Both the position numbers and the translations under genes were made by a program. From an uncultured Rickettsiales bacterium (GTDB lineage Bacteria > Pseudomonadota > Alphaproteobacteria > Rs-D84), in the NCBI GenBank assembly GCA_947176385.1, contig CAMWQN010000003.1:3230-67229 (forward strand): DNA of 64,000 nucleotides, written 5' to 3'. The first letter of the stretch is position 1. Each line of letters begins with the position of its first letter. Below the pieces are notes generated by a model. The model had not been told where the DNA came from. It did not search any database and was given only the letters and a program-made list of their open reading frames with translations. Shown piece by piece: positions 1-9,774 of the stretch.

Positions 1-437
1 TTGGTGTATTGATTGACGATATAACAACACTGGGGGTTGATGAACCATATCGTATGTTCACATCACGCGCTGAATATCGATTACATCTGCGCGTGGATAA
101 CGCGATTGACAGATTGGGACAAATTGCGGTTGAATGCGGTTTAATAACCGAAGACATGCGCCAGAAAAAATATGCATTGCATGCAGATAGCATTGCTGAA
201 AATGATAAGTTTTATGCAGGATATATTGCACGTAACGCGCGTGAAATTGCCGCGTATAAGCGTGATGCAGAACTAAAAATTCCACGCGATTTTGATTATA
301 CAAATATGCCGGGATTAACCAATGAGTTAATTGAAAAATTGACCGCCACGCGACCAGACAATATTGCGGCACTGTCGCGAATACCAGGGATGACACCGGC
401 GGGTATAATGGTCGTACTGCGTAAAATTCGCAGTTAA
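1..437 (+). CDS. mnmG: MnmG/GidA tRNA uridine-5-carboxymethylaminomethyl modification enzyme, C-terminal part (5' end outside window)
   Basis: ORF is open to the window edge. [21 protein letters not shown] and the C-terminal [18 protein letters not shown] are characteristic of the MnmG C-terminus. Confidence 0.9.
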   Translation, partial: GVLIDDITTLGVDEPYRMFTSRAEYRLHLRVDNAIDRLGQIAVECGLITEDMRQKKYALHADSIAENDKFYAGYIARNAREIAAYKRDAELKIPRDFDYTNMPGLTNELIEKLTATRPDNIAALSRIPGMTPAGIMVVLRKIRS

Positions 438-470
438 AAATTCCAAACCGCTGTTTAATACAGCGGTTCT

Positions 471-1574
471 TTATTTCTTTTTTGCGTTGTTTAATCGCAG
501 TTGACCGCATGCACTGCCGATATCAGTTCCGCGTTCACGGCGGATGCGTGTATGAATGCCATGCTTAATCAATATATCTTGGAATCTGTGTACAGCATTT
601 CCCGATGGTGATGCAAAGTCACGTTCATCAACCGCATTCCATGGGATTAAATTTACCATGCAATTTTTACCCTGTAACAGGTCCGATAATTTTTCCGCAT
701 ATTCTGGCGTGGCATTAACCAATACAGTATCCCCATTTTCGTCCCTGCGCCCCAACAAGATATATTCTATCATCAACTGACGGTTATGTGTGTTGGTAAA
801 ATCTGTTGCAGCGGTCAAGACTTCATCCAATTTATATTTATTATTGATTGGCATTATTGTACTGCGCAGTTCGTCAGTCGGCGCATGCAATGATATTGCC
901 AGATTTATTGGACGACCCCACTTTATCAAATCATATATTCCCGGAACAATGCCGCATGTCGATAATGTTATTCTGCGCCAACCAATACCCATGTCACGGT
1001 TTGCACGTTCCATAAATCCGATTACATTTTCAGTGTTCTGTAATGGTTCGCCCGTACCCATAATTACAATGTGTGACACATCGCCATTGTTTGGGTCACC
1101 GTTTGGACGAATTGCAATATCTTTGAATTTGTCACCACGCAATTCCCATTGCGCGGTCAAGATTTGCGCGAATATTTCATTTACTGTTAAATTACGCTTT
1201 AATCCCAACAATGTTGATGCACAAAAACGGCATCCCATGGCGCATCCTGCCTGGGAACTGACACAGACACTGTTGCCATATGTCGTGCGCATCAATACAC
1301 ATTCAATCTGTTCGCCATCATTTAATTCCAGCAAGAACTTTGTTGTTTCACCGTCACTGGATTCTAATTTCTTAACAATTTTACATGGCAATGTTTGTGC
1401 GGTTGCGTCCAGGTCATGACGCAGGCTTTCGGGTAAATTACGCATAGATGCAAAATCCGGCGCACCACGATTTAACCATTCGCGAATCTGTTTTGCACGA
1501 AACTTTGGCTGTCCCAGGTCGGTTACAAATTTTTCCAGTTCACTGTCTGTAAAATTAAATAAAATTGGTTTCAT
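471..1574 (-). CDS. rlmN: Radical-SAM rRNA/tRNA m2A methyltransferase RlmN
   Basis: 367 aa. Has the CX3CX2C cluster motif (GCAMGCRFC), MGTGEPL, and C-terminal GTDIGSACGQL typical of the RlmN/Cfr family. Confidence 0.9.
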   Translation of the reverse strand: MKPILFNFTDSELEKFVTDLGQPKFRAKQIREWLNRGAPDFASMRNLPESLRHDLDATAQTLPCKIVKKLESSDGETTKFLLELNDGEQIECVLMRTTYGNSVCVSSQAGCAMGCRFCASTLLGLKRNLTVNEIFAQILTAQWELRGDKFKDIAIRPNGDPNNGDVSHIVIMGTGEPLQNTENVIGFMERANRDMGIGWRRITLSTCGIVPGIYDLIKWGRPINLAISLHAPTDELRSTIMPINNKYKLDEVLTAATDFTNTHNRQLMIEYILLGRRDENGDTVLVNATPEYAEKLSDLLQGKNCMVNLIPWNAVDERDFASPSGNAVHRFQDILIKHGIHTRIRRERGTDIGSACGQLRLNNAKKK

Positions 1575-1576
1575 TT

Positions 1577-2401
1577 TTATAATTTATATCTGTCGTCGTT
1601 GATAACAATCACAGCCTTGCGACGTAATTGTTTTAATTGTTGGTCTGCCATAAACAGTGCCTGTTTATACATTGTGTTTTGTTTTATCATGTCGTCCAGT
1701 TTGCCGTATTCAGATGTCTTTTTAGTACTGCACACCAGTAACACAGTATCATCTGCGCGCGGTGACCATGTCAGGTTCGGCAACGCTGCCACACGTGCGC
1801 GAATATCCGCAGACAATTCATATTGCAGTGCAGTAAACTTTTGTGGCGCGCCCCCTAAATCTGTTGCCATTTTCATCGCAGCATCACAATCTTTTGGTTT
1901 GGTTAATTTTGCCGCAACGCTTTCCGGGATATCCGTCAAACGAATAATTGTCATTTCAATTGGTAATCCGTGTTCACGCGCAATTGCTGTGCGTTCAGCA
2001 TTTATTTCTTCGGTGCTGACATCAATTGTCGGCAATACAGTTCGGGCAACCACAATTTGCCAGGCAATTTCTGCGCGGATCGCGCTGCGTGCCATTGCGC
2101 GCACGGCAGATGACACATCCCCCAGATTCATTTTCTTTAATTCTTTATCAACCACAGAATCTTCGGGAACAGCATGAAAGTTTGATGCATATGCAATTTT
2201 GATATTGTCATCAATTATGTTCTGAAGCGCGACACGACGGTTATCGGTTGATGTCTTGCCCTGGCGGGTCATTAATTCAACACGTGATGTAACATCGGTA
2301 TCTGTTATGGGTGTGCCGTTAACTGTTGCAACAACAGTTGCCCCATTCGCAGTACCAGTTATCACACATGCCAATATCAAAGATTTTATAAATTTTGTCA
2401 T
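1577..2401 (-). CDS. SurA-like periplasmic chaperone (SurA N-terminal-domain type; no parvulin motif recognised)
   Basis: Signal peptide MTKFIKSLILACVITGTANG. Lies directly downstream of lptD, the position surA occupies in many proteobacteria. Call rests on general sequence character only. Confidence 0.5.
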   Translation of the reverse strand: MTKFIKSLILACVITGTANGATVVATVNGTPITDTDVTSRVELMTRQGKTSTDNRRVALQNIIDDNIKIAYASNFHAVPEDSVVDKELKKMNLGDVSSAVRAMARSAIRAEIAWQIVVARTVLPTIDVSTEEINAERTAIAREHGLPIEMTIIRLTDIPESVAAKLTKPKDCDAAMKMATDLGGAPQKFTALQYELSADIRARVAALPNLTWSPRADDTVLLVCSTKKTSEYGKLDDMIKQNTMYKQALFMADQQLKQLRRKAVIVINDDRYKL

Positions 2402-2420
2402 TGTTTCCTTTCCTTAAAAA

Positions 2421-4439
2421 CTAATATTGCTGCCCGTCAATACTCATTCCAAATCTGAATTGGAATGTCGTGTCACCCACATAATCTTCTTTTATCGCGT
2501 TATCACGACGGTATTCAACCGACAGATAATAACACGGATGAGTATAGAACAATCCCCCTGAATGACGTTGAAATTCTCCATACGTCATATTATATATCGC
2601 ATTAAAGCGCGCAGACCACCGGTCTGTCAATTGGATGCCAATCCCGCCGACGGCTTCGTTTATTTCGTTGTCGATTGTAAATACATCCACGAACTGCTGT
2701 GACCAGATGTGCCCCAGGTGGATATAGTTCTTGGCACTGCCGATATTCGCAGATGTTTCCGCATGACGCAATGATAAATTATAACGGTCCATACGGAATC
2801 TGCTGGCAATGCGCAACCATGAACTGTTATTAAATTCAACACGTCCAACATAGTCCGATGCACCATCATGAAATCCACTGTTTGGGTCGGTATCTTGGCG
2901 TTCTGTAAAGTCATATGATTGTCCCAAAAATACTTCAAACATGCGCCCATCATTATTAAACGCCGCCCAGCGCACGCCATAGTCTGCAAATGTACCGTTT
3001 TCCCACAGGTCATATCCGGAAAATCTGTTATCTGAAAACAGTGTTGTATCAGACAAGAATGCACCAGCAGAATCATTATTCATTGCAAATTCGTCTGTAT
3101 CTGTATGACGCATAACCGTCAATCGCGCACGCGGTTCAATTATTTGTGTCCATGCATTGCCCGCACGGAACAATGGCAATCCCCATTCGGCATAACCACT
3201 GGGCAAGAAACGATTCTTTAACCCAGAATACTGGCGTCCATCAATCATTTCCGTGTTATCAAAATTATATACATCGTATCTGGCATCCACACTTAATGTC
3301 AATCGATTGCCACCCCACAGGGTCCATGGCGACACAATTCGTGCGTCGCCGATTACACGCTGGGATGCAGTGCCTTTCCCAGATATGCCCAACACGTCCG
3401 CATTTACCAATGCATATGTTTCCCCATATATTGGTGACGTTTGATACACGCCGCGAATGTTTGGCAAAATATTTCCAGTTGGCACAGACTGGTAAAAATT
3501 ATAATTGCTGCGCAATTCCTGGAATATGTGTGTATCTGCGACAACATAGCCAGACTGACCAAATAATTCCAACTTTGCCCCGGAATCCAAATATGGCTGC
3601 GCATCATAAAATCCATACTTCTGCAAATAAGTCTTGTCTGATGTGCGTTGCAAGTACACCGTTGCACGTGTATATTCACCCAGTTCAATTATATCATCAT
3701 TAAATACGTGCCAGCGGTTTTCGCCTTCTTTGTTATGTGTAAATGACCCATTGGTCCGAAACTGTGCATGTTGGGTATTTAACCGATGTTCCAACTGGAA
3801 CAGTGGATTTTCCTGGGTCAAATATGACGGTGTAAATGTTAAATCATGCGTGTCCGAAATCGAAATATAAACTGGAATATTTATCTGGGTACCCATTTTA
3901 TTTGTCGATTGAAATGACGGCATTAAAAATCCAGTTTTATATTTTACGCCTGGGTCTGGCATTTCAAAAAATGGGAACCAAAATACCGGCACCGTATCAT
4001 AAACCCACAATACAGGATTATAAAACTGCAACATTCTGCGACGCATATTATGCACGATTTTTGTTGCTGATATTGTCCACGCTTCGCCATATGGGTCACA
4101 ATCATAACATGCGGTAAATTCTGCATTACGTGCAATTGTCAAATTACCGTCACGGGTTATATTATCAGATTCGACATACACATGCTGACCCAGCCACAGA
4201 CGAATATCATCACCAGATAAACTTTCGCCGGTTTTGGAAACATACGAATTATTCAAAGTCAAACGTTGACCGTTGGCACTGGTTATTTCTGTCTTGCCCA
4301 CAGTTTTTATTGTTTCTGATTTTAAATCATATTCAATTTTATCTGCGGTAATGGTCTTGGGTGCGTTAAAGTCCATACCTGCACCACTGGCGCAGGACAT
4401 CCCAATAAAAGACATAAAGAACATTATCGCTTTTTTCAT
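2421..4439 (-). CDS. lptD: LPS-assembly outer-membrane protein LptD (OstA)
   Basis: 672 aa from ATG 4439 (MKKAIMFFMSFIGMSCASGA signal peptide), with an OstA-like N-terminal domain followed by a large beta-barrel. The start overlaps the upstream stop as ATGA. The longer Cys-rich N-terminal extension in the ORF track overlaps the upstream gene and is rejected. Confidence 0.85.
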   Translation of the reverse strand: MKKAIMFFMSFIGMSCASGAGMDFNAPKTITADKIEYDLKSETIKTVGKTEITSANGQRLTLNNSYVSKTGESLSGDDIRLWLGQHVYVESDNITRDGNLTIARNAEFTACYDCDPYGEAWTISATKIVHNMRRRMLQFYNPVLWVYDTVPVFWFPFFEMPDPGVKYKTGFLMPSFQSTNKMGTQINIPVYISISDTHDLTFTPSYLTQENPLFQLEHRLNTQHAQFRTNGSFTHNKEGENRWHVFNDDIIELGEYTRATVYLQRTSDKTYLQKYGFYDAQPYLDSGAKLELFGQSGYVVADTHIFQELRSNYNFYQSVPTGNILPNIRGVYQTSPIYGETYALVNADVLGISGKGTASQRVIGDARIVSPWTLWGGNRLTLSVDARYDVYNFDNTEMIDGRQYSGLKNRFLPSGYAEWGLPLFRAGNAWTQIIEPRARLTVMRHTDTDEFAMNNDSAGAFLSDTTLFSDNRFSGYDLWENGTFADYGVRWAAFNNDGRMFEVFLGQSYDFTERQDTDPNSGFHDGASDYVGRVEFNNSSWLRIASRFRMDRYNLSLRHAETSANIGSAKNYIHLGHIWSQQFVDVFTIDNEINEAVGGIGIQLTDRWSARFNAIYNMTYGEFQRHSGGLFYTHPCYYLSVEYRRDNAIKEDYVGDTTFQFRFGMSIDGQQY

Positions 4440-5494
4440 TTTTTGAACAGTATAAACAATATAACAACCAATACAAGCATCTGTGCCAATGCCAAGATTC
4501 CAAATTCGGTCAGACTGCTGATCATATTGGACGCAGTCATAAACACAGACATTGCAACTGCCATCGCAACAACCGCTGCAACTGGGGCAAAACTGGCACG
4601 ACGACGCAACAATGATGTACGTAACAAAATACACGCACATAACGCTGCCAGAATCAGATTCATAATCGGGCTTAAAAAGCGTGTGCATAATTCAGACAAC
4701 ACTTTTTTATGCTGCTTTTCACTGGGGTTGTTTAATATATCACGCAATAATTGTCCTGTTGGGATTCTGCGAACCTTGAAAACACTGTCGCTGCCACGGT
4801 CTGTTACATTTAAATCCATATCAAATGTTTCAAATGTACCGGTCGTCATTGCGTCGCCCGTTGCTTGCAGTGAACCATTGGTCATAACAATTGATAATCC
4901 ACGAACCGTTGCGACCAGTTTTCCTTTCTCGGCAAATATAATCATTTGTGATTTATCATCACGGGTATCTGACAACATTACCTGGGACAGGTCGTGACCG
5001 GATACTTTATCAACATACACAACCAGACCATTTGTTAATTCGGTAAATGCTGATTCTTTTAATTTCATATGCGCCAGACCATATCGCAAATTCCACTGGG
5101 TATTATAAAATGTCGTCTGGGTTGCAGGCACAATAAACAAATTCAAAAACAAATGTGTGGCTGTCAATATCGCTGCCAGCCATAATGCAGGGGCTGCAAT
5201 CTGTCGTGGTGATAAACTGGACGCAGCCATAACAGTAACCTCGTTATCCGAAATCATCTTGCTGTAAACAAAGATGACCGCGATAAAGCACACAAAAGGA
5301 ATTATAATTGATATAATAAACGGTATCATCAATGCGGTCAGCCCCATAAAACTGTCCAAGGCGACGCCATAGTTTAACAAGAACTTCATCATGGACATAA
5401 TTTGCACCATCCATGCCAGCCCTGTCAGCACCATTAACAACATAAAGAATATTGTAATTAACTGCCGTGAAAAATACCTGTTAATAATCTTCAT
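4436..5494 (-). CDS. LptF/LptG-family LPS export permease (YjgP/YjgQ)
   Basis: Starts MKIINRYFSRQL, the typical LptF/G N-terminus. Has multiple TM segments flanking a periplasmic beta-jellyroll region. Translationally coupled to lptD. ATG 5494 is preferred over 5530. Confidence 0.8.
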   Translation of the reverse strand: MKIINRYFSRQLITIFFMLLMVLTGLAWMVQIMSMMKFLLNYGVALDSFMGLTALMIPFIISIIIPFVCFIAVIFVYSKMISDNEVTVMAASSLSPRQIAAPALWLAAILTATHLFLNLFIVPATQTTFYNTQWNLRYGLAHMKLKESAFTELTNGLVVYVDKVSGHDLSQVMLSDTRDDKSQMIIFAEKGKLVATVRGLSIVMTNGSLQATGDAMTTGTFETFDMDLNVTDRGSDSVFKVRRIPTGQLLRDILNNPSEKQHKKVLSELCTRFLSPIMNLILAALCACILLRTSLLRRRASFAPVAAVVAMAVAMSVFMTASNMISSLTEFGILALAQMLVLVVILFILFKK

Positions 5495-5537
5495 AATTCG
5501 CAGTATAAAGCCGAAAACAGTAACCGTCAAATAATTC

Positions 5538-5565
5538 TTGCAATTTGTCGATTCGGGGTTATAAT
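5538..5565 (+). promoter_or_regulatory. Putative sigma70 promoter of nusA-infB
   Basis: TTGCAA (5538-5543), 16-nt spacer, TATAAT (5560-5565), about 95 nt upstream of the nusA ATG. Confidence 0.5.
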
Positions 5566-5590
5566 GCTAGTGTTCTTAAAAGATTTTTTT

Positions 5591-5618
5591 AAGGGCGGGG
5601 TTGCAAGACCCCGCCCTT
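5591..5618 (+). promoter_or_regulatory. Stable GC-rich hairpin in the nusA leader
   Basis: AAGGGCGGGGT-TGCAAG-ACCCCGCCCTT, an 11-bp stem between the putative promoter and the nusA RBS (AAGGAG). Confidence 0.5.
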
Positions 5619-5658
5619 GTAAGTAAAAGACGCAAAAAAATAAACAAGGAGAAAGCAA

Positions 5659-7212
5659 ATGTCTTTTGTTTCTATGCCACGTCAGGATTTGCTGCTAGCG
5701 ATTGATTCACTGGCCCAGGAAAAGCAAATTGACCGTGAAATCGTCATCGAATCGTTAGAGGCTGCAATTGCCAAAATCGCAAAACACAAATATGGCGAAG
5801 AATTTAATATTACCGCAAATATCGACCGTAAAAACGGTGCAATACACGTAAAGCGTCTGTTTACTGTTATTTCATCCCCAGATAAATTGGGCGAAGATGA
5901 AGAATATGACCCAAACACTATGTTGACGGTTGCCCAGGCGAAAAAATATTCCGCAAATCCGATGGTCGGCGATGTTGTCGAAGACCAACTGCCAGAACCT
6001 GAATTTGGTCGCATGGCGTTTCAAACTGCGCGTCAGATTATGACTGCCCGTGTACGCGACGCGGAAAAGGGTCGTCAATACGAAGAATTCAAAGACAATA
6101 TCGGTGACATTGTATCCGGTGTTGTTAAACGTATCGAATTTGGCAACGTATTTGTTGATATCAATGGCAAAGCCGAAGGTTATATCCGTGGCAACGAATT
6201 GATTCCAGGCGAACGTCTGGCTGTTGGTGACCGCGTACGTGCATTGATTATGGATGTCGCACGTTCTAATACAGGTCCACAGATTTTCCTGACACGTACA
6301 CATCCAATGTTCATGGAAAAATTGTTTGTTCAGGAAGTACCTGAAATCTATGAAGGTATCATTAAAATTAAATCTGTTTCACGTGCACCTGGTTCACACG
6401 CAAAAATCGCTGTTGAAACCCAGGATCCATCTATTGACGCTGTTGGTATGACGGTTGGTATCAAGGGTACACGTATTCAGCCAGTTATCAACGAATGTCA
6501 TGGTGAAAAGATTGACGTTATCTTGTATTCCGAAGACCCGGCTGTATATATCGTCAACGCAATGCAGCCTGCCAAGGTCGCCAAGATTATCGTCGAAGAA
6601 GATACACGCAGCGCAGCCGTTGTTGTAAACGAAGATCAACAGTCTTTGGCAATTGGTCGCCGTGGTCAGAATGTACGTCTGGCATCACAATTGACCGGAT
6701 GGAACATCGACGTTATGAATGAAACCGAAGAACAAGAACGTCGCGCAAAAGAATTCAAAGAAAAGACAGAACTGTTTATCAAGGGTCTGGATGTTGATGA
6801 AATGATTGCACACCTGTTGATTACAGAAGGTTTCCGTACAATCGAAGAAATCGCATTCGTTGATGGCAAAGAACTGGAATCTATCGAAGGGTTCAATGCA
6901 GAATTGGCAACTGAATTGCAAACACGTGCAAAGGCATATCTGGACAAAGTTGAACAGGACTATAAAGACGAAGGTCATAAACTGGGTATGTCCGACGATC
7001 TGTTGGGATTTGACTTTATCAAACGTCCAATCATCATGAAATTGGGTAATGCCGGTATCAAATCTTTGGCTGATTTGGCTGATTTGGCATCTGATGAAAT
7101 GGTTGAAATCTTGGGCGAAGATAACATGAGCAACCGTCTGGCTGGACGCGTTATTATGAAGGCGCGTGAAATCGTATACGGCATTGGCGGTGATACAACA
7201 GTCGCTGAATAA
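5659..7212 (+). CDS. nusA: Transcription termination/antitermination factor NusA
   Basis: 517 aa with an N-terminal domain, S1, two KH domains (GRRGQNVRLASQLTGW) and C-terminal HhH acidic repeats. Confidence 0.95.
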   Translation: MSFVSMPRQDLLLAIDSLAQEKQIDREIVIESLEAAIAKIAKHKYGEEFNITANIDRKNGAIHVKRLFTVISSPDKLGEDEEYDPNTMLTVAQAKKYSANPMVGDVVEDQLPEPEFGRMAFQTARQIMTARVRDAEKGRQYEEFKDNIGDIVSGVVKRIEFGNVFVDINGKAEGYIRGNELIPGERLAVGDRVRALIMDVARSNTGPQIFLTRTHPMFMEKLFVQEVPEIYEGIIKIKSVSRAPGSHAKIAVETQDPSIDAVGMTVGIKGTRIQPVINECHGEKIDVILYSEDPAVYIVNAMQPAKVAKIIVEEDTRSAAVVVNEDQQSLAIGRRGQNVRLASQLTGWNIDVMNETEEQERRAKEFKEKTELFIKGLDVDEMIAHLLITEGFRTIEEIAFVDGKELESIEGFNAELATELQTRAKAYLDKVEQDYKDEGHKLGMSDDLLGFDFIKRPIIMKLGNAGIKSLADLADLASDEMVEILGEDNMSNRLAGRVIMKAREIVYGIGGDTTVAE

Positions 7213-7224
7213 TATAAATACATG

Positions 7225-7248
7225 TACCGCAGGGTTGTCCCTGCGGTA
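7225..7248 (+). other. Hairpin between nusA and infB (no U-tract)
   Basis: TACCGCAGGG-TTGT-CCCTGCGGTA, a perfect 10-bp stem. It is not followed by a T-run, so it is more likely a processing or stability element than a terminator. Confidence 0.4.
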
Positions 7249-7277
7249 AAACACACAGGGCGTAAAGGGGCGCAAAT

Positions 7278-9680
7278 ATGGCAACACTGACACTTGGAAA
7301 ATCTGTAACAATGGACGCGGTGCAAAGCCGCAAAGGCGATGCAGTATTCGTTGAACGTCGTCGGCGTGTAATTGCACCCGGCGCACGTGAACTGCGCGAA
7401 GAAGCAAAATCAAACGCGCCAGCACATAATGCCGCAGATGATAAACTGCGCGCAGTATTAGAAGCCGCACGTGCACGCGAAGAAGAACGCCGTCAACGTG
7501 CCGAGGCTGAGGCTGCCGCCGCTGCCGCACGCGCCGCAGAAATCGCACGTGAATCACGCGAATATGAACAGGTCAAAGAACAATTGGCTGCGCGTGAAAG
7601 CGCCGCGCAACCGGTTGAAGAACCAGCCGCAACACAACCTGCCAGTGCCCCTAAAAAACAATCGCACGCGCAACAGCAATTCACATCACACAATAACAAC
7701 AATAATAAATCTGCGCGCAATGATGACGAAGATATGCGCCCGGCACGTAACGCAAATCATAAAAAAGATTTCAAAAAATCTGGCAAAATTTCTTTGCATG
7801 ACATTGTTATTGGTGATGGCGACGATGATGATGAAATTGGATTGCGTGGTGCAAATCGTCGCCGTTCCGAAGCATCACTGAAGCGTTTCCGTGAAAAGGC
7901 ACGCGCAATATTTACTGCCCCACAAAAGGTTGAACATGTTGTAACATTGGGCGATACAATTACAGTCAAAGACCTGGCGGCTGCCATGGCGGAAAAGGTT
8001 GGTAATGTCATCAAAAAATTGATGGAAATGGGTATGATGGCATCACAAAATCAATCTATTGATGCTGATACTGCTGAATTGATTGCAACAGAATTTGGTG
8101 CGACAGTAAAACGCGTTGATATGAAACCATATGCTGACCAGATGGAACGTCAGCCAGATCCTGCAAAACTTACCCCACGTGCACCGGTTGTAACCGTTGT
8201 GGGACACGTTGACCATGGTAAGACATCTTTGTTGGATGCATTCCGCAATGCAAATGTTGTTGCCGGCGAAGCAGGTGGTATCACCCAGCATGTATCAGCG
8301 TATGAGGTAAAAACAAAAACCGGTCCAATGATTACATTCTTGGATACACCGGGACATGAAACATTTACTGCCATGCGTGCACGTGGTGCCCAGATGGCAG
8401 ATATCGTTGTATTGGTTGTTGCGGCAAATGATTCAATCATGCCACAGACAGTCGAAGCAATAAACCACATTCGTGCTGCCAAGGTTCCGTTTATCGTTGC
8501 AATTAACAAAATCGATTTACCAGAAGCAAACCCAACACGCGTAAAGACGGACCTGCTGCAACAGGAAGTTCAGGTCGAAGAAATGGGTGGTGATGTTCAA
8601 TGTGTTGAAATTTCTGCAACCAAGAAAATCGGTCTGGATAAATTGGAAGAAGCCATTTTATTACAAGCCGATATGATGGAATTAAAGGCTGACCCTGAAA
8701 TGCCAGCCGTCGCATATGTGGTAGAAGCAAAAATGGAACGCGGCTTGGGCGCCGTTGCAACTGTATTGATGCGCCATGGTACATTAAAGATTGGCGATGT
8801 ATTCGTTGTTGGTGAAACATTTGGTCGTGTTCGTGGTTTGATAAATTCTGCGGGCGAACGCGTAAAATCTGTAAAGCCAGGTCAGCCAGTTGTTGTATTG
8901 GGTCTGGATTCTGTGCCATCTGCAGGTGATGAACTGCGCGTAATGGAAACAGATGCACAAACCCGCGAAGTTGCTGCATACCGCGTTCAAAAGGCAAAAG
9001 ATAAGGCAAATGCGATTAAACGTTCATCGCTGGAAGAATTATTTGCACGCAGGGATGAAACGAAAAAATTAACATTACCAATTGTTTTGCGTGCTGACGT
9101 TCAGGGCAGTGTGGAAGCCATCACCGATATGTTGCGTGACATTCACACAGACAAAGCAGCGGTTGAAATCCTGTCATCAGGTGTTGGTCAAATTACCGAA
9201 GGTGATATCCGTCTGGCCAGTGCATCGGGTGCGGTTATAATTGCATTTAATGTACGTGCAGATGCTGCGGTACGTGACCTGGCACGTGGCAACAATGTTG
9301 ATATCCGTTATCACAGTGTTGTGTATCGTATCACAGACGAAATCAAAGAAATCTTGTCCGGTAAACTGGCACCTGTTCGCAAAGAAAACTTTATCGGATA
9401 TGCCGATGTTATCGCATTGTTCACAGTGGGCAAGGGCACACGCGTTGCGGGTTGTCGCATGACCGAAGGTACAATCAAGAAAGATGCATTTGTACGCCTG
9501 TTGCGTAATAACGTTGTTATATATGACGGCAAAATTGGCGAACTGCGTCGTGAAAAGAACGAAGTCAAAGAAGTATCCGGCGGTGTCGAATTCGGTATGA
9601 GTTTCGATAAATACAATGACCTGAAAGAAGGCGACCGTGTCGAATGCTATGAAGTGACCGAGGTTCGCGCACAATTATAA
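7278..9680 (+). CDS. infB: Translation initiation factor IF-2
   Basis: 800 aa. G-domain motifs [17 protein letters not shown] and NKID, preceded by a low-complexity Ala/Glu/Arg-rich N-terminus. Confidence 0.95.
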   Translation: MATLTLGKSVTMDAVQSRKGDAVFVERRRRVIAPGARELREEAKSNAPAHNAADDKLRAVLEAARAREEERRQRAEAEAAAAAARAAEIARESREYEQVKEQLAARESAAQPVEEPAATQPASAPKKQSHAQQQFTSHNNNNNKSARNDDEDMRPARNANHKKDFKKSGKISLHDIVIGDGDDDDEIGLRGANRRRSEASLKRFREKARAIFTAPQKVEHVVTLGDTITVKDLAAAMAEKVGNVIKKLMEMGMMASQNQSIDADTAELIATEFGATVKRVDMKPYADQMERQPDPAKLTPRAPVVTVVGHVDHGKTSLLDAFRNANVVAGEAGGITQHVSAYEVKTKTGPMITFLDTPGHETFTAMRARGAQMADIVVLVVAANDSIMPQTVEAINHIRAAKVPFIVAINKIDLPEANPTRVKTDLLQQEVQVEEMGGDVQCVEISATKKIGLDKLEEAILLQADMMELKADPEMPAVAYVVEAKMERGLGAVATVLMRHGTLKIGDVFVVGETFGRVRGLINSAGERVKSVKPGQPVVVLGLDSVPSAGDELRVMETDAQTREVAAYRVQKAKDKANAIKRSSLEELFARRDETKKLTLPIVLRADVQGSVEAITDMLRDIHTDKAAVEILSSGVGQITEGDIRLASASGAVIIAFNVRADAAVRDLARGNNVDIRYHSVVYRITDEIKEILSGKLAPVRKENFIGYADVIALFTVGKGTRVAGCRMTEGTIKKDAFVRLLRNNVVIYDGKIGELRREKNEVKEVSGGVEFGMSFDKYNDLKEGDRVECYEVTEVRAQL

Positions 9681-9682
9681 AA

Positions 9683-9706
9683 AACGCCCCATTGGGGCGT
9701 TTTTTC
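9683..9706 (+). terminator. Intrinsic terminator of infB
   Basis: ACGCCCCA-TTGGGGCGT hairpin followed by TTTTT. Confidence 0.8.
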
Positions 9707-9711
9707 AAAGT

Positions 9712-9736
9712 ACAAATAACAGATAACAAAGAACAA
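9712..9736 (+). repeat. Solo 25-nt copy of the inverted-repeat arm that flanks the four-helix-bundle cassette at 42.8 kb
   Basis: ACAAATAACAGATAACAAAGAACAA is identical to 42776-42800 and is the reverse complement of part of 43161-43193. Confidence 0.85.
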
Positions 9737-9739
9737 TTA

Positions 9740-9768
9740 TTGCAAACAGCAATTTAATCAGATATAAT
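9740..9768 (+). promoter_or_regulatory. Near-consensus sigma70 promoter of structured RNA copy 1
   Basis: TTGCAA (9740-9745), 17-nt spacer, TATAAT (9763-9768). The same hexamers and spacing occur in copies 2 and 3. Confidence 0.7.
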
Positions 9769-9774
9769 AGGTAT

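Noticed and set aside
4440-4688. Cys-rich 83-aa N-terminal extension of the lptD ORF in the six-frame track.
   Set aside because: It overlaps the 3' end of the LptF/G-family gene. A canonical signal peptide begins at ATG 4439, which forms an ATGA overlap with the upstream stop.
6685-7557. 290-aa ORF on the minus strand spanning the nusA 3' end and the infB 5' end.
   Set aside because: It is antisense to two strongly conserved genes. Its Arg/His/Leu/Val-rich low-complexity translation mirrors the Glu/Ala/Asp-rich sense frames, and it has no RBS or domain. It is a shadow ORF.
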